Assembly: GCA_036172245.1 (NCBI GenBank)
Contig: JAYWIR010000029.1
Span: 1,550,001-1,614,000 of the forward strand
Direction: 5' to 3'
Length of the DNA stretch: 64,000 nucleotides
Origin: Raillietiella orientalis
Taxonomy: Eukaryota
A program made the translations under genes and the position numbers. Positions 1-14,449 of this stretch are shown in pieces. The notes beneath the pieces are model-generated. The model was not told the origin of the DNA. It saw only the letters and a list, made by a program, of their open reading frames with translations, and did no database searches. Position 1 is the stretch's first letter; each line of letters opens with the position of its first letter.

Positions 1-85
1 ACAAAGCATAAAGCGTGAATCTGAAAATTGCAACTTTAACTGAATTTCACTGATTTATTTGCAAACTTAATCATTGCTAAAATGT

Positions 86-2433
86 TTAGTTTTGGATATC
101 TTCACAAAGCAAATGACAAATCAAATCAATTGCATTCTGAACATCTCCATTAGTCATTTCCAGTGCCTGAAGATTCATTGCATCATTTAGGAAACCAAGT
201 TCTCTCATTTGCTGAATTTGTCTTTGTTGCTCAGTATTCAAAGCATCCTAAAACAAACAGAAAACAAATGATGCTGGTACTTCACACCAGCATCATTTAC
301 CTGAGGCATTGTGATGTTGGCAAGTTCAGGCAAGGAACTGTTCTGGGATAGTGATTGCTCCACAGCCAGACGGACCATATCAGAACTAATAGCAGTAGGT
401 AATGTTTCTGGAGGTACTTCTGGGTTAAAAGTTTCAGAGGAGTTTTCAGAACCTACAGGAATTAACAGCTTGATATTAATGAAATTCCTTACCACTTGGC
501 CAATGTTCTGTAAGGCCAGCTTCAACAGCAGCTAAGGCAGATGCCAGTTGCGACTGGGTGATCAATGGTGTTGTTTGTTGATCTGCACCATCCAGACGAT
601 CATACAGAGGAGGCTGAAAGATAAGCAAAACAATGTAGGAACCATCATAAGGAACCCATTCTTAGTTCCATCACAGCACAGCTTCTATTAGAAACACTAC
701 CCAAGGAATTTCAGAGAACAAATTGCTGTAGCAGAAAAATTAAAACACATGACTTAGTATTGCAGAAATGTTATGAGACTCAGCAATACAAAAACAAAAA
801 ACACCACATACATTGATACCCAGTCAATATTAACAGTTCTTATGTAATTTAATCCAAGAAACAATACAAATTATATACATCTCTGCAACTTATCACATCA
901 CTGGAAATAAAAAAAAAAAAAAAACAAATAAAGTTCAAACAATATTATTTTCTTATGATGAAAGTTTCAAGGAAAAAAATTAAAAAGCAAACTTATGAAT
1001 CTCAAAAGCATGTACTGACTACAATTATTAGTCACTTCCCTGCAAACTACAATAAATACATACAATGTATTGTATGTTTAATGAGGTGCAAACACAATAT
1101 ATGCTTCTCTGATATTTGCATGATATGAGGGAACTTACCAACAACATTTCAGTAGCATCAAGTGCTTCCTCATCCAACATAAATGATGTACCTTGCAGAT
1201 CAGGAAATTTTCTCTTAAGAGTTACTACAATATAATCACAAGCTTCTACAAGACTTGGATGCCTTTGACAAATTCTGCAATAAAAAGATACCATACTAAT
1301 AAAGAACATTCCCACTTCAGTACTATGGTTTGGCCGACTGATAAAGAATATCCCAGGACTTTGGTTTGATATTCATAAGATATCTTCACTTTCTGATCAT
1401 CAAAGCTGATTTCAGATTTTATCTGTATTATTAATAAATTAAGTTAAATTTTATAACACTGTAATAATCTCACTCTTTTCTCAGATGCATTAAGATGAAA
1501 AGCTATTTTAAGGCCAAAAAAGATTCTTACTGCATCACTGACTCAGAATTGCAAAAATGGTACAACAATTCTGGATCACCAACAAATCCCAGTGCTATTT
1601 CATCATTCAAAAGTCCAGGAGTTGCAACAACAATATTTCTCACTGTTTCAGGTGTAAGAAATTTTTTGAGAGCTTTCTTATATTTCACTTTTGAAAGAAG
1701 TGTTTTAAGAACCAATACTGGTGATATAGTGTCTGTTGATTCTTTGTTTGGGGGCACATTTGAGGTGTTTCTAAGAACATGTATAACGGTTTCTGTTGTT
1801 TCACATGCTTGAAAGTCATCCTCATCAGTTACAACCTTTCCACAAATTACCATATCTAAAACAATATTGCACATAAGTTTAACAGAATTACGAATAGACG
1901 GGGAAAAAAAATACTATTCAACAGTGCACCATTAGCATTTTCTGAATTACTGAGAATTGATTACAGTATACGAATTGTAAGTAATGATACTAGTAAAACT
2001 TGATTTGGAATCCAAATGTTATAAGACACCAGAATTAATTACCAATTTCCTCAATGGGCAACAAAAATGATTTTGCTGCTTCTTCCTTCAATCGCTTCAG
2101 TGACCAGGGGACAATTTCCACATCTGTCATCTTTGTTTCTTCCATACACTTTCTTTCGTAATTGCAATACCTCATATAAACAATTACCATGTTTGGTGAA
2201 ATGTGCTAATAAAAAATTACAAGAAATTACAACTGGCAAAACATTTCATGATTTAAAACATTGACATCATATGACTTTGTCCTTGCAAATCATGGAATGT
2301 GTTCAAGACACTTGATTCAAATAAATAACTAAACTTTATACAACGCAAATGGATGAGCAAAACAAATGTCAACTTAGTTACTTTTGATAACCATTTAATT
2401 TATTATTCTTATTTTGAGGGGGAAGCTTACCAT
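86..2433 (-). CDS. UBL7: Ubiquitin-like protein 7 (N-terminal UBL, C-terminal UBA), ~353 aa. Exons (minus): 2433-2431, 2205-2043, 1855-1531, 1274-1139, 613-493, 452-301, 247-86
   Basis: Exons join in frame at canonical GT-AG sites (1062 nt, stop TAA at 88-86). Peptide motifs match UBL7: IDMVICGKVVTDEDD...TVIHVLRN (UBL), IVVATPGLLNDEIALG...HPSLVEA, PLITQSQLASALAA, QQMRELGFLNDAMNLQALEMTNGDVQNAIDLI (UBA). The start is uncertain: either ATG|GTAAGC at 2433-2431 or an ATG inside the 2205-2043 exon. Confidence 0.9.
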
Positions 2434-5400
2434 TCAGCTCGACACGAGCTAACGAAGGCCAGAATGTTAATGAGTCTGTTATACTCACGTAGAAAAATGA
2501 AAACTTTTCAACTAATTTCTGTCTTAAGTGCCTTCATTTCCGTTAAAATTTCGGAAGTAGGAATCAAAATGATCCAGATCATGTCTAGAGGAGGCAAAAA
2601 TAAGGTTCTCCACGCACACCAAATCGTTCGCCAAGCACACTTTATTCGTGAGAGCAAACTTTGATTCTGCCGAGTTTCGCTGCATAAAATTTTTACTTTT
2701 GCTTTTCACAACACTAAAAAATGCACTTCTTCTTCCACATGAAGAAATAGCTTCGTCGTTTGTTCAATCGTTCAACATTAATGGCAAATTCACGGAAAAC
2801 CTCAGACCAAAACCATAAATAAAAAGCACGCAGGGAATCTCACGTTGGAAACGAAGAAAACAAGTTGTAGAAAAACACGCATTTTTTCGAAGTCCAAATC
2901 ACAGTTTTACGGAAAATCCTGCAGCAATTCGGGTCTGTATTTTTCAATTCAAGGAAATCATTTCTTTCTTGGTTACAATTCTATGAAGCAAATAAATACA
3001 AATAATTCGAAGCAAGGTTCGTTTTGGAAATTAAGCTCGCATCAAACATAATCAATAAGGAAGATGGGTTCACTCCGATTTGGTATCACTGCAGGCTCGA
3101 CGTTACCATAGCGTTAAGACTGGGATAATTAATTCCACGTCCTATTAACACATGTCGCTGTAACAAATCGCCGATTCACCTGTATTAAATCTGTGGATTC
3201 CAGCATTGAATACCAAGACCTCTTTTCGTTGGATGGTGGCAAAAATTTCCATCCGTTCCGAATGCAGCACCATGCATGCTTTTTTTCTAATCTCCATGCT
3301 ATTCTTATCCTTGAGAGCCAAGTTTTCATCCATCAATTTCTTTAATGGATATTTTTAAAGGAAAAGTAAGAGAACACTGGTCTCTTATTAATTTAGGTTC
3401 TCAACTGCTATTTTTATGACAGGAAAAATTCAAATATTTTGATGGAACGCTAGCTAGTTATAAAGTAATTTTTATTTTAAAAGAAAGGTTTAATGCTAGA
3501 ATTTTTAACCAATGCCAGATATCATATAAAGAGATTTTCATGTCTCAAGAAATAGTTTCAACGCTTTGCTTTTTCATCTGAAGAAGTCAAGAGACGTCGG
3601 ATAAATTCAAATCAAGGATCAGCGATTCTTCTAACCATGTGACTTGATAAAGGGGTATCCAAGATTTCTTACTACAGTAGCTTCAGAAATAGTACTAGAT
3701 AAGGCGAATCGTTTCTTATGATCCCTGGATCGACATTTATCCTCGTAGAGCTCAGTCCTGATGCTCATTGCTCCCCATTGCTAGACTAGTGCTCACTTCG
3801 ACGCTTACCCTAACGAGAGCATTCCCTTGTGTGCTGATACATCGAAAGGTCCCAGGATAGGTTTTATGATGATTTCAAACAAGAACTGCCTAGATTTCCA
3901 TGTTTAAGATGGGACTGCTAGAATTTCTAAGCATGGAGAGCAGAACATGCAGTTTCCCTGCTACCTCTAATCACTCGTCGAGCTTCTGTTTAGGACTTCC
4001 TTCCCATTCTATCAGAAAAAACTGCCTTGGCTCGCGATCTTGAAATTTAGGAGGGTTGAAATTTCTTCGTTCGTGTTTCCATGTTTTTTTTTTTTTTGAA
4101 ATATCTCAAAAGGATTCTGCTATCTCTCAAATGAACACGACATATAATTGGTCTGGAGACGGCAGCTGCGGAAGACAGCAGCAAATTCCTTTGGTTGTGC
4201 TTCACGAGAAGTTGGTTTTAGAAGTTTCTAAGAGTTCCATTATTCATTTATATCGGTAATATATGGGACATGAACAGCTTAAAAAGCGATTGGATTCATC
4301 GGGATTCTAGAACCTTCCTCCAAGGTCTGTAGCAGACACAGGTCTTCAGCTCTAGATGATTCCCCTACAATCATAACAAAAATGAACTTTCGAAGGACCC
4401 ATGGTCTGAGAGTAGGCTTTGTTTTCCAAATGACCATCTTGAACACATAATTTTCAGTCTAGAGGACTCAGCTGTCTGAGGTTCCTTTCTTAGATTAAAA
4501 CATTGGCAGCTATTTTAGTCAGCTGTTTTATCCCTACCTCTGTTCTCCGTGATTAAGATAAAATTCATCGAGAAGACAAAAAGATTGTCAGAAAATTTCC
4601 CAAAAGATGCGAAATGGAATCTGAAAACCATCCATGGTGCTTCGCTTCTCTAGTATTCTCAGTCTCAACTTTCAGCTCTTCCATGAGACCACAAGAATTC
4701 TCAAGGCTCGTCCAGAAACAATGGCTCATTTGAACTAGAGGTGATTACAAACAAGCTCTTCTGCTTTCTGTTACTGAAAAGTGACCGTTCACTGGTCGAA
4801 GGGAGTGAAGCTACTTGTATTGAACCCTTGCGTCCAGTCTAGCTTCTTCGTAAGCTCCAAGAGTAGAGTGTTGAATATTTTCCAGCCGAGGAACGAAAAT
4901 TGAGGGCCAGCGCATGTTTCGGTTTCAGCCAAAAGGAGAAGAAAATTTCTAAAGATTGAAAATAGAGTTTTCATTCTGTTGCTCTAGATATATATGTATA
5001 TTATGAAGACGATTATGAATGCATATGACAACTTGCGTTCTTTCGCAGAAGGGCACTAATTACACTTGCATGGATACAGAAAGCGTTTTGTTTCATCATC
5101 GTCATGAGAAAGTCCTTACGAGAAATCTCATGCAAAACTTTTGTTAGCTGATATTACTATGAATTTATGTGTCATTTTACGTGTGTTGGATCCTATGATC
5201 CAACACATGCGACTGACGGAATCGGTCGCATTGTACTGTGTTTCGCCCATCGTGGAAAGTCATGTTCAACGCAAAATAGCAGAGCAAGTTCAGATCAGTG
5301 GATGGTAGCACGTTAAAATAACATTGCATTCCTATCTACATTACTCCCCCTCAAATCGTCTGAATAACTGCATTGGGTATCTCCCAATAAGGTGCTCTGA

Positions 5401-6104
5401 AAAGAGTTCGTGGCTGCAGCTTGAACGAAAAAAAGAAAAGCAATACAACTGAGCTAAATCAGTGCTTACCGAATGGGAAAAGAGCAGGAAGAAGAAGAAA
5501 CTGTTTCCCATCAGCTTCTGCCACAGTCTTTTTAGTGCAACATGCTTCGCCTACCGAGCCATCTCATGTTGCACAGCGTCCTCAACGTTTCTTCTTGCTG
5601 TGTCCATGATTTTGAAAGCATGAAACCGTCTCAAGAAGAAAATCTCGCCTTTCTAAGGCAAGTAGATGCGTGAGAATGAGGAACAAATCACAGTGGATGC
5701 TGCATCTGACTTCGTTATAAACGTAAAGAACAACAGCACCGAAAAAAAAAAAACTTGGCGGTTTGTTTAGCTCTCATCATGGGAAGAAAAAAGGAGAGCG
5801 AATAATTTATGAGGTGTACCGTAAGCGAGAGGGGAGAGGAAAATTTCAAGATTCAGCTTTTGAAAAATGGAAAGGTGTTTTTCATCGTCATAATCGCTTC
5901 GGGGAGAATCACTACCAAGTGGTTTGAAGAATTCACTAAGAGGATTTGTTTCTATGATGAACCGTGTTTGAGAAAGTTTTCAATCGGTTACACGAGATCA
6001 GCATGGCCAAGTTAGGACAGGAAAGTTGGGTTGGGGCTCGAAATGACTGTCATGCTGTGAGTTGTGCTCGATAATGGAAAGCATCTTTTAAGATGCTTTT
6101 GCCG

Positions 6105-6107
<3 letters not shown>

Positions 6108-6152
<45 letters not shown>
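6108..6152. repeat. (TG)n microsatellite, ~22 units
   Basis: Perfect TG run read directly from the sequence. Confidence 0.97.
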
Positions 6153-6157
<5 letters not shown>

Positions 6158-8977
6158 TGACAAAAATTTAGCACAGACAGATCTCGTAAGATCAATCAAA
6201 TGGTTTGGAGGCACACTTCAAGTTGGAATTTGTACTGTACAATTCAATTTTACCCCTTGCTAAACTTTCGTCATGAAAAATCGTCATAACTTTTTTTCCC
6301 TTCTAAATCTACGCTTTCTGTAAGTGGAGATTGAAGCTTGAAACTTGTTTCTTTATGCCTCTCGAATTCAAAAGGTTTGCGTCTTATCTCCCTTACGGAA
6401 AGCACCATCGTCTGTTTCTCGTCTGCTTACACGTTTGATCATATTTCTACTCCTACAGTATGCAATTTTTATTTTTTTTTCATAGTGATTTCAGTCTCTC
6501 AGAGAGTATCCTTAAAAAATCGTCTTGACAGCAGAATCGTTAACATCGATCTTGCGCCTGTTGCATCCATTCTCGAGATGATCAAGCTGTGCAGCCTCAT
6601 AGCACTTGAGTGACTGCTAGCTAGAAAACCTTCAGCTACTCCTTAAGCGTTTGGATTGAAAGTTTGCTACTCGCTCTGTATTTTTCTACCAACGGAGCCT
6701 GAAGAATCGGAGTACCGTCGGGATAAGTCCAGCATGTGTTTCTTGTTTCGTGTTCGAAAATTCCATTTTGCTGATTCCAAAAAAAATAGCTGAAGCTGGA
6801 ATTTCATTTTTGAACAACACTGCAGCCAGCCACAGATTATTATCGTGCACAGAATACAGGGAACAGGAATAAGCAAAGCAGCGAAACACTGTGCAGTGAA
6901 GTTTGGACGTATCGAAAAGTGCCCCTTGTCGTCATAGTCTAAAGAGTTGCAGGTGTTCTAGTGCAATCACATGAAAGATCACCTTACAGAGATCAGACCT
7001 CTGATATGCAAATATAAATGAGCAGCAGGAGCATGTGTGGAAACAAATGATTCAAGGGAAAATCTCCGGTGCTCAAAAGAACTCTCAAAATGATTCATTC
7101 ATGGATATTCATCATTCCATGGAATCTTTTCTTTCCTTTCACAAGATTCATTGGGAAAAGATGTGAACAAATTCTCTCCTGTGTTTCCTTCTGAGATGAA
7201 CACCTACTTGATAATGCATGAAGCAACTGGAAGATGACATAAACATCAAGAGTGCAAGGTGTCCTCAATGTTTGATGTGAAAATGTGAAGATGAAATATG
7301 AAATTTATGCAAGGTATAATTTTCATATTGAATTGATGCATATTTCGCTATGGAAACTGCCCCGTTCAAACAGACATTAAGAACGAGATTCAGCACTCAC
7401 GATGAGCCATGTCCTTAGGTTTGCTTAAGCAGCGGAAGCGTCTTTTTGGTTGGCCAACTACAAACACACAGTGTGATAATTGTAGATACGTAAGTATGCT
7501 TAATTGGCTTAATAGAGACGGCAAACACGTAAGCACGCATCCTGCTATCAGAGGCAACAGAGATCGCAAAGACGTCCACACCCTTGCGTGCTTATAACCA
7601 ATGTTTTCCGCGCAGGATGCCATTTACGGTCCAGAATGATCTCTGGTTCAGTTCATACCTTCTGCGCATGATTTTGTTGTGATGTTGATATATATTTTTT
7701 TAGGAGGCAGTGTCTATCTTGCACTTCCAGAGGCACGATAAAGTCTTCCATCCCGTACGGAAATCCGCGTTGGTCATTTTATCTCAACGGATCTCCTATC
7801 TGCGGATTCATGGAAGAGCCAGCATATAGTCAGTGCTTGTTTCACTTTCCTTGGAGCCTGTCTTCAGCTATGTGTGCAATTCCAGGGCAGGCATAGATTG
7901 CAGTTTTAACCAAACTTCCAAGGATTCCAATGTTTGAACTCTTTCGCCTAATGCCGCTGAGGTGGTTCCCTTCGAAGCAGGCACATTCTGCGCCACCGTT
8001 TTGCGCTACAGAATAAGAATTTTACCTCCATACCTTACTACGATGCGTCGAAAATCGAGGTCTGTGACTTATTGGCTGGAGCGAATTTCAGACTAGAATA
8101 TCCTGATCGCATCTTCTGCATTATTCATTTGCCTCTCTATTTCATTACTTGTGCAAGCGTACCAACTTTGAGCACCAAGAACCACCAGAACATGAGTGGA
8201 AACCGATTTGGGATCAGGGCTACTGCATTTGTCTGTCATTGAAGACAGTAGTGTGCTGTAATGTCCATTATGGTACTGATACGTGCTTTTCCTGAGCTGT
8301 CCTCAGGGAAAGCACGTACGCAGAGTCAACAAGGGGTGGAGAACCAACAGGTGGAACAAAACATGAATCGTTTCCTGCATTGTCTGTCCGAGCAGGGTGA
8401 GCCTATATCTCTCTTGAGAAGCAAACAGTGGCTTTGTCGAAAAGCATGTTCTGGATCTGGCGAGGTATCCATCATGTTCACTAAAGGGATCTCTTGAATA
8501 CACTGCATCTTTCTGAAGTATGGTGCCGTTTTTAGGGTGTCGAATGCACGAGATAGCTTTGCAGGAGTTTCTCTTTTGTGGTGTTTCTAATGCACAGTCA
8601 GCAACAGATGCAAAAACCGGTCTGACCTAAGTAAAAATCTTTCTCTATAGTTCATGAAGAAGATGAAGGAAGACGGGGGATATCAAGTGATGAGAAGTCT
8701 TCACGAACACGAAGAACGAACTTTGTGATGCAACAGGAAATCTTAGCATGAAATTCACTTTAGATATTTTATCCTGTAGATTCATCAGATCCCGATATTC
8801 TGAGCGTGTGCGTTGCATTAACAGATTCTGTTGCTGACCATAAAAATCCATCTTGTTAGCAGGCAGTTTTGCCAGGAGCAAGGATGCCAACAGCTAATCG
8901 AATGAAATCCACTTCCAGAATGCTTTGCATCTTTACCTAACAAAGAAAACGCACATATACACATATGAGGTCTCTTT

Positions 8978-10671
8978 CTATCGGACTGGGATTCGGTACT
9001 CGGTATAGTCTCTCAGCATCATCTCTGTTGATGAATTTTCCCCCCATCGCCTGCTAGGAATGAACCAGTTTTCCATATATGCTAGAAGGAAAAAAAAACG
9101 TTTGCTGAGATGGGTAGATGGAAGCGTACAGTGACCATTTCATCGAATGTCCAGGAGCTCATCCTCTTCGTTTTCCACTTTCGAAAATCTTTAGTGAACG
9201 TTCGAGATGAGTTCGTTCAGTGAGAATTCACATCACCGTACCTTTCTTGATAAGACAGCTTTAGTGAAGCCAGAAGTCAAAGGAGCAGCATTGGAAATAC
9301 GATCTAGCAAGGTGGAGTCTTTCCTAGTGCTCACTTTCGAGCTAGCGACACGGGAAGAAAAGTTCTTCAATGAGTTCAGACGAAATGGAAACAATTAATA
9401 TGCGGTTTTTCATTAAGGTTACAGATCACTAAGATTGCATTTTGCCATTCTTTGGGATCCCTTACCATTTGTGCTCCGATTGTGAAATTGCCAAGCTTCT
9501 TGGTCACCGCGCAGATAAGCCAGATAGACTGGGTTGTTGAGGGCAATCGGTCTTTCCTCCCATCTGGTGCAAAAACATCAGTATCTGTTTGTTCACAGGC
9601 ACGGAGCACCCTTACCGCCAACTGTGCTGCAAACCAGCCAGCGGCTTATAGATGGAAGCGTTTATTCGTACGCAGTGGAGCCATTTTTTCCTCGAGTCTT
9701 GATAGGCTTGATAGCGTTGAAGCATGGAAGAAGCGTTTCCGAGCAGGCGGTTGTTCAGGAAAGTTCGACCGTGCGTGATCTGCGACTGCCAGATCACAAC
9801 ACGGTCCAGAGTGATGCACTGATCAAGCTGCTATGACCAACATGAATTCTTTGATGCTGCCTTCATAAGAAGTCTATTTTCAAGACTGAGGATGCGAAGA
9901 GGAGTCTCTCTTCCCCAACAGACGCTGAATTGCAAGGTTGCGTCCTCCGAGATCTCGGATTTGCATTTCTTCGAAGCCGAATTTTTCACCCGGTCTGAGA
10001 TTCATTCCGTTCTTTGAAACTCGTCTGGAGAAAAGACTTTCTGAGCTTCAAGATGCAACTACAACTTCTCGAACTGCAGGGCACATCCCACGGAGACTGT
10101 TGCTCACCCAATCGGAACAGGAGAGACGAGCAGTTTCCGTGGAAGAAACCCCGTCTCCACGGGCGATTTTGCAATAAGCGATACAAAAAGTTCGTACGTC
10201 ATTTGTGGGTGAGAGCTCTGCCCCTGCTTCAGAAGTAAAGCTTTCATTGCGATCCCCTTAAGCTTCAAAATTTGGACTCGAATGGCTGACAGTGGTGACG
10301 TTTTTCGGAAGCGCGAGATTTGATTGGAGCGAGAACAGAAGGGGCTGCGGAAACCCATTCAGTGTTCTTTAGAGAATGGGCCACTGTAGCAGTCACGAAG
10401 CGTGGGCAAAAAAAAAAAAGCCGACATCAGAAAAACAACTGGATGGGTTCGCCACTTCCAAAGCGAGGCGAATGAACGTTCTACAGTTTTTTCTACGCGC
10501 ACATGCTGGGATTAGATGAGCATTCTATCCAGATCAGGGAGTCAGAGAGGAGGAAGCAAGTAACCAGTTCCTTCCCCTCTTCCGCCCACCCGCCCACTGG
10601 CAAAAGGCAACAACTCAGATTTTCTTACAGTCGACATGACTGCTGAGTTTTGTGAAGTGTTTTCCACACAT
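8978..10671 (-). CDS. Candidate spliced gene of unknown function, ~191 aa, possibly 5'-incomplete. Exons (minus): 10671-10629, 10223-10108, 9830-9616, 9563-9466, 9081-8978
   Basis: Donors GTAAGA, GTGAGC, GTAAGG, GTAAGG and AG acceptors give phase-compatible exons with no internal stop (MCGKHF...RKKWLHCVRINASIYKPLAGLQHSWRWEERPIALNNPVYLAYLRGDQEAWQFHN...YRIPVR*). One intron is 52 nt, typical of this genome. No family recognised; a manual model can be over-fitted. Confidence 0.4.
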
Positions 10672-12554
10672 CTACTGATACAACCATCTCTGGACCTCGA
10701 TTCCGTGACTCTGTTCGCGGGTCTACCACGTCTTTGTGCCGATTTCCGTCTCGCTCTTCCCCCTCGATATGAGCGGAGTAAGAAAAGTAGGAAATTCTCT
10801 GTATTCCCATATCGTCTTTGGCCCAGCATCGGACTCGGAAACATCATGCCTATCCCGAGTCACGTTCCCACCCACTGTTGTGCTGGGTCTCTGGGAACGT
10901 ATGCGTGGAACACAGCGCAAATCAGGCACAAGACGCTACGTCTTTGCCCCTGTGCTCAGAGATCTTACTGTCTGGCCTGCAACATCTTTACGCTTTGAAG
11001 CTGTTTCGGTTTGCCATAGAGTTTGGTAGGAAACCCTCACGCATGTCCTTCAGGCCTTCGCGACTGCAGATCAAGAGAGGCAGTCTAAAACATGAAGGCC
11101 TTCCGATGACGATGCATCCTGAGATCGCCGCATCGCGGTGTGGCGTGCTTGTTTGATGGCGAACTCGTTTTTCTCTGGTTTCCCTTCGGGACTTCGGTCC
11201 GGAGCATCTGTCAAGATCCATCTTCACTGGGCTTTCGGAACGCAGGACAAGCAAGGAAAAGTGGGGACCGAATGTGGAATGGAAAAAGAAAGGAAAAAAG
11301 AAACGGTTCTAAGACCATGAAGCAAAAGGCGAGAGAGGACGAGTTCCAAAGGAATAGATGAAAGCGTAGATGACTGAATGCCGAGGACTTTCTAAGCTCT
11401 ACAACCAAGAAAACTTGCTTGAGGACAGTGCGCAGGAGCTTTCGGCATGCCTTTGCAGGTTGTAACATTCGGAAAACAAGCTTCTGCGTATCTTCGGATT
11501 AAGCGGCTGCAAGTTCGAACCACGAAAGAAAAGAAGGGTTAGAGGAGTTAGAGGCACGAAGATCCGAAAGCTATGAAGAGGTAGTTGATTTCTAACTTCG
11601 GATCTATTCAATATTATCCTCCGAAAATGCAAAGAATTTTTATAAGGGACAGATCACGGAGGGTCCACGTGCATTCCTCAAAGAAGCATCCGCAGAAGAC
11701 AAGCGCGCGTTCTGTCTACACTCCCGGATCTCTGAAGCAAAAAGCTACCCAGGGCAAAAATCTCCCAATTCGCCCTTTCCGATCTTCAGCTCGACCACTT
11801 AGGGAGCGTTCTGCTTTCATTCAAACAGGACAAGTCCTGTTCCTGTTTGTCTCATTCGAAAAAGTTAAAACCTTACTGCTAATGTACAGTGGAGGCAACG
11901 AGATAGAAAAAAGAAAAATGTGGACCTTTTAAAACGCAGAAGGCCCGAGAAAACCTGTCGGTACGCAACGACGAACGATAATTAGTCGAATGGCCGATGG
12001 GACTTTACGATGTTGGTACACAGAATTAATTAGCGTGGGATGCTCGGAATTAGGCCTCGTGATTTGTTCCTTGTTTTTTTTATTTTTTCACAGATGAGAT
12101 AAGGCACCGGTGTTGCACAAATCAAGAGAAAACAAGGCAGCGTGAGGTTTTCAGCGGTACATTCATTCATTGTATTGACAAGTGCTTCGTGACGACACGT
12201 TTTGCAGGCGCGTAGGAAAAGAAGTTTTCTTCTTCTTCTTCTTCTTCTTCTTTTACTAGGAGACGAAAGTTGTCTTGTTTCATGAGTACACATGGAATGC
12301 TTTGTGTATAACGTGACTTTCCGATCAGAGACAGGGAATACTACAGTCATTCAAGCAGTTTCGAGTTGCTGTTGAAAATAAATGATTCAAAACGTCTTCT
12401 ACACAGTTTGTTTCATTTGAAGCATGACTGTGTAGCCACAAATGTATTAAATGACTTCTGATGGTTTAATTAACCGAATACAGAACCTCGCAGCTGTAAA
12501 TCAAGACAAGCAGCTAGCCTGTACTCTTGATTTCATTCGAATGCGTAGGAAAGA

Positions 12555-12636
12555 TTACGTCAGTTAAACGTAATAGCTACGTCACGTTGTGCAACTGGAA
12601 GCCTGATTTGCTACCTCACGTATGATTCTGTGACGT
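12555..12636. promoter_or_regulatory. Cluster of three CRE/ATF-like sites (TTACGTCA, TACGTCA, TGACGT), candidate distal enhancer
   Basis: Motifs at 12555-12562, 12578-12584 and 12631-12636, about 3 kb upstream of the NR4A gene. Function is inferred only. Confidence 0.3.
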
Positions 12637-14449
12637 GTGAAACTTTGGAGTTTCAGTCAAAGAGATTTTTACTACGAGTATATTTATTCCAGGAGACTAA
12701 CAGATTTTTGGTATTAGTAAGAAAGCTTGCGAAAGGACGAGATTTACTGAACAAAATCTGCCTGAGACTGAGAGCTGAGATCTTGCTGAGTTCACTTTTA
12801 CGTAAGTGTCACTGAAGAAGGAACAACTAGCTCAATGATTTGGATGCAGTTTGCGGTAAGAATGCTTTTATGTTTTTAAAAGCTACTTGTGAAAATTTTG
12901 CCTGATGTAAATTCGTCGCTTAGACAACTTTTTATGCTTGCGGTCGACCGTTAACAAAGATAGCTTGAATAGTCAGTACCACGTGTTTCGAGAATTGTAA
13001 AGAAAATTTGGGATTCATTAGGAAACGTGCCCTAAACAAAAGAATAGCAGATCCCTTTGAATACTCGGCAACTTTTCTTTGGGATTTTTCTACGGGAATA
13101 GTCAAACGTCAGGGCTCAAGAGGATGCTGCAAAAGCACCATATTTTGTACGTAGTCATGAGTAGAAGGGAACCACGTAATTATTAAAGGAACCATAATCA
13201 GCCGATGTGTCGAAAACATCAAATACTTGTTTTATTTGGCAAATGGATAAGATTGCTCCTGTCAATTTTTTCCTTAAAGCTACCATTTTTCCGATTTGTT
13301 GGAGTTTGTGGAGTAAGCGTTAAACGATGCTATTTAGGCCTTTTCCTTTTTGAAGAAAGGAATCCTACGATTTTATTAATGTATGAAGTTGAAATCTTAC
13401 GAATCTTAACGAACGTTTGATTGAAAGCGTGTGTGAATTATCGAACTCTATTGAGAGCTTGCACGAGGTGTTTCCTCCGTGGATTTAGAGATCGGAATAG
13501 TGTTCGTGTCTTGTAATTAATTGGAAAAGTTTTCCCGGTGCAGTGGAACGAATTTCGCATTTATTTTTTTTTTCTTTAAAGCATGTTGTCCATTACGACT
13601 TCGCCGTTTGTTTGTTTGTTTGTTTTTTGAACTACCTACATTTTATCTTGAGAAGCGTTCGAATTTTCTACTTCGAATTCTAAAAATACATACATTCGTA
13701 CCAAATTATTGTAATACTGATGATTATGGCAGCAACAATAATAAATAATGATGACCTTATTTTTGTTAGCCCAAGCTTTGTCTACACTGAAACACGTTTC
13801 AACATTACATTGGAGTCACTTTGAAGAACAGGATTGGAATTCAGGATTTCGTGAGTATAAAATTCCAATCTTCGAATCGAAGCTTTCGAATTTGAATCAG
13901 TATGTAAACCACACACAAATGTAGGAGCTGGAAGCAAGAATTTCCAGGCTCGGAAGTAGCGATCTCACGCTTGTCGTGAGGATTTTTTTTTGCTGTTGTT
14001 TTTTGAAGTCTAGGAGGTTTAAGTATGCATTAATGATACTCAGACGTTGGAAATATTCTTTTTTAATGGCGTTTGGAAAATGTCGAGAAAGCAACGACAT
14101 TACTCGAGTCTGTGGCACATATACATCCATTATGCTATAAAATATAATGCATCTGCATCTGAAAGTTTTCCGCCTAGGCACGCAAGACGAATACACTCTA
14201 CTTGCACAACCACGAGGGCACTGGTTTGTGAAGAGCACTTGGTGGGAGGAAACTTTCAACTTCGATATTTGTTCTTTGTTTTGTTTGGTTTGGTCTCCTT
14301 CGAGAGTACTTGCAAATTCCTGAAAAACTCAATGGAAACCGGCGTGAATCAATCGAGGCAAAATTGCTTGATACACACGAATACAAAGACACCGGCTGGC
14401 AATCGTCACGCGTACCCGAACACGTGGGAACGATGTACACTGTAGGCTT

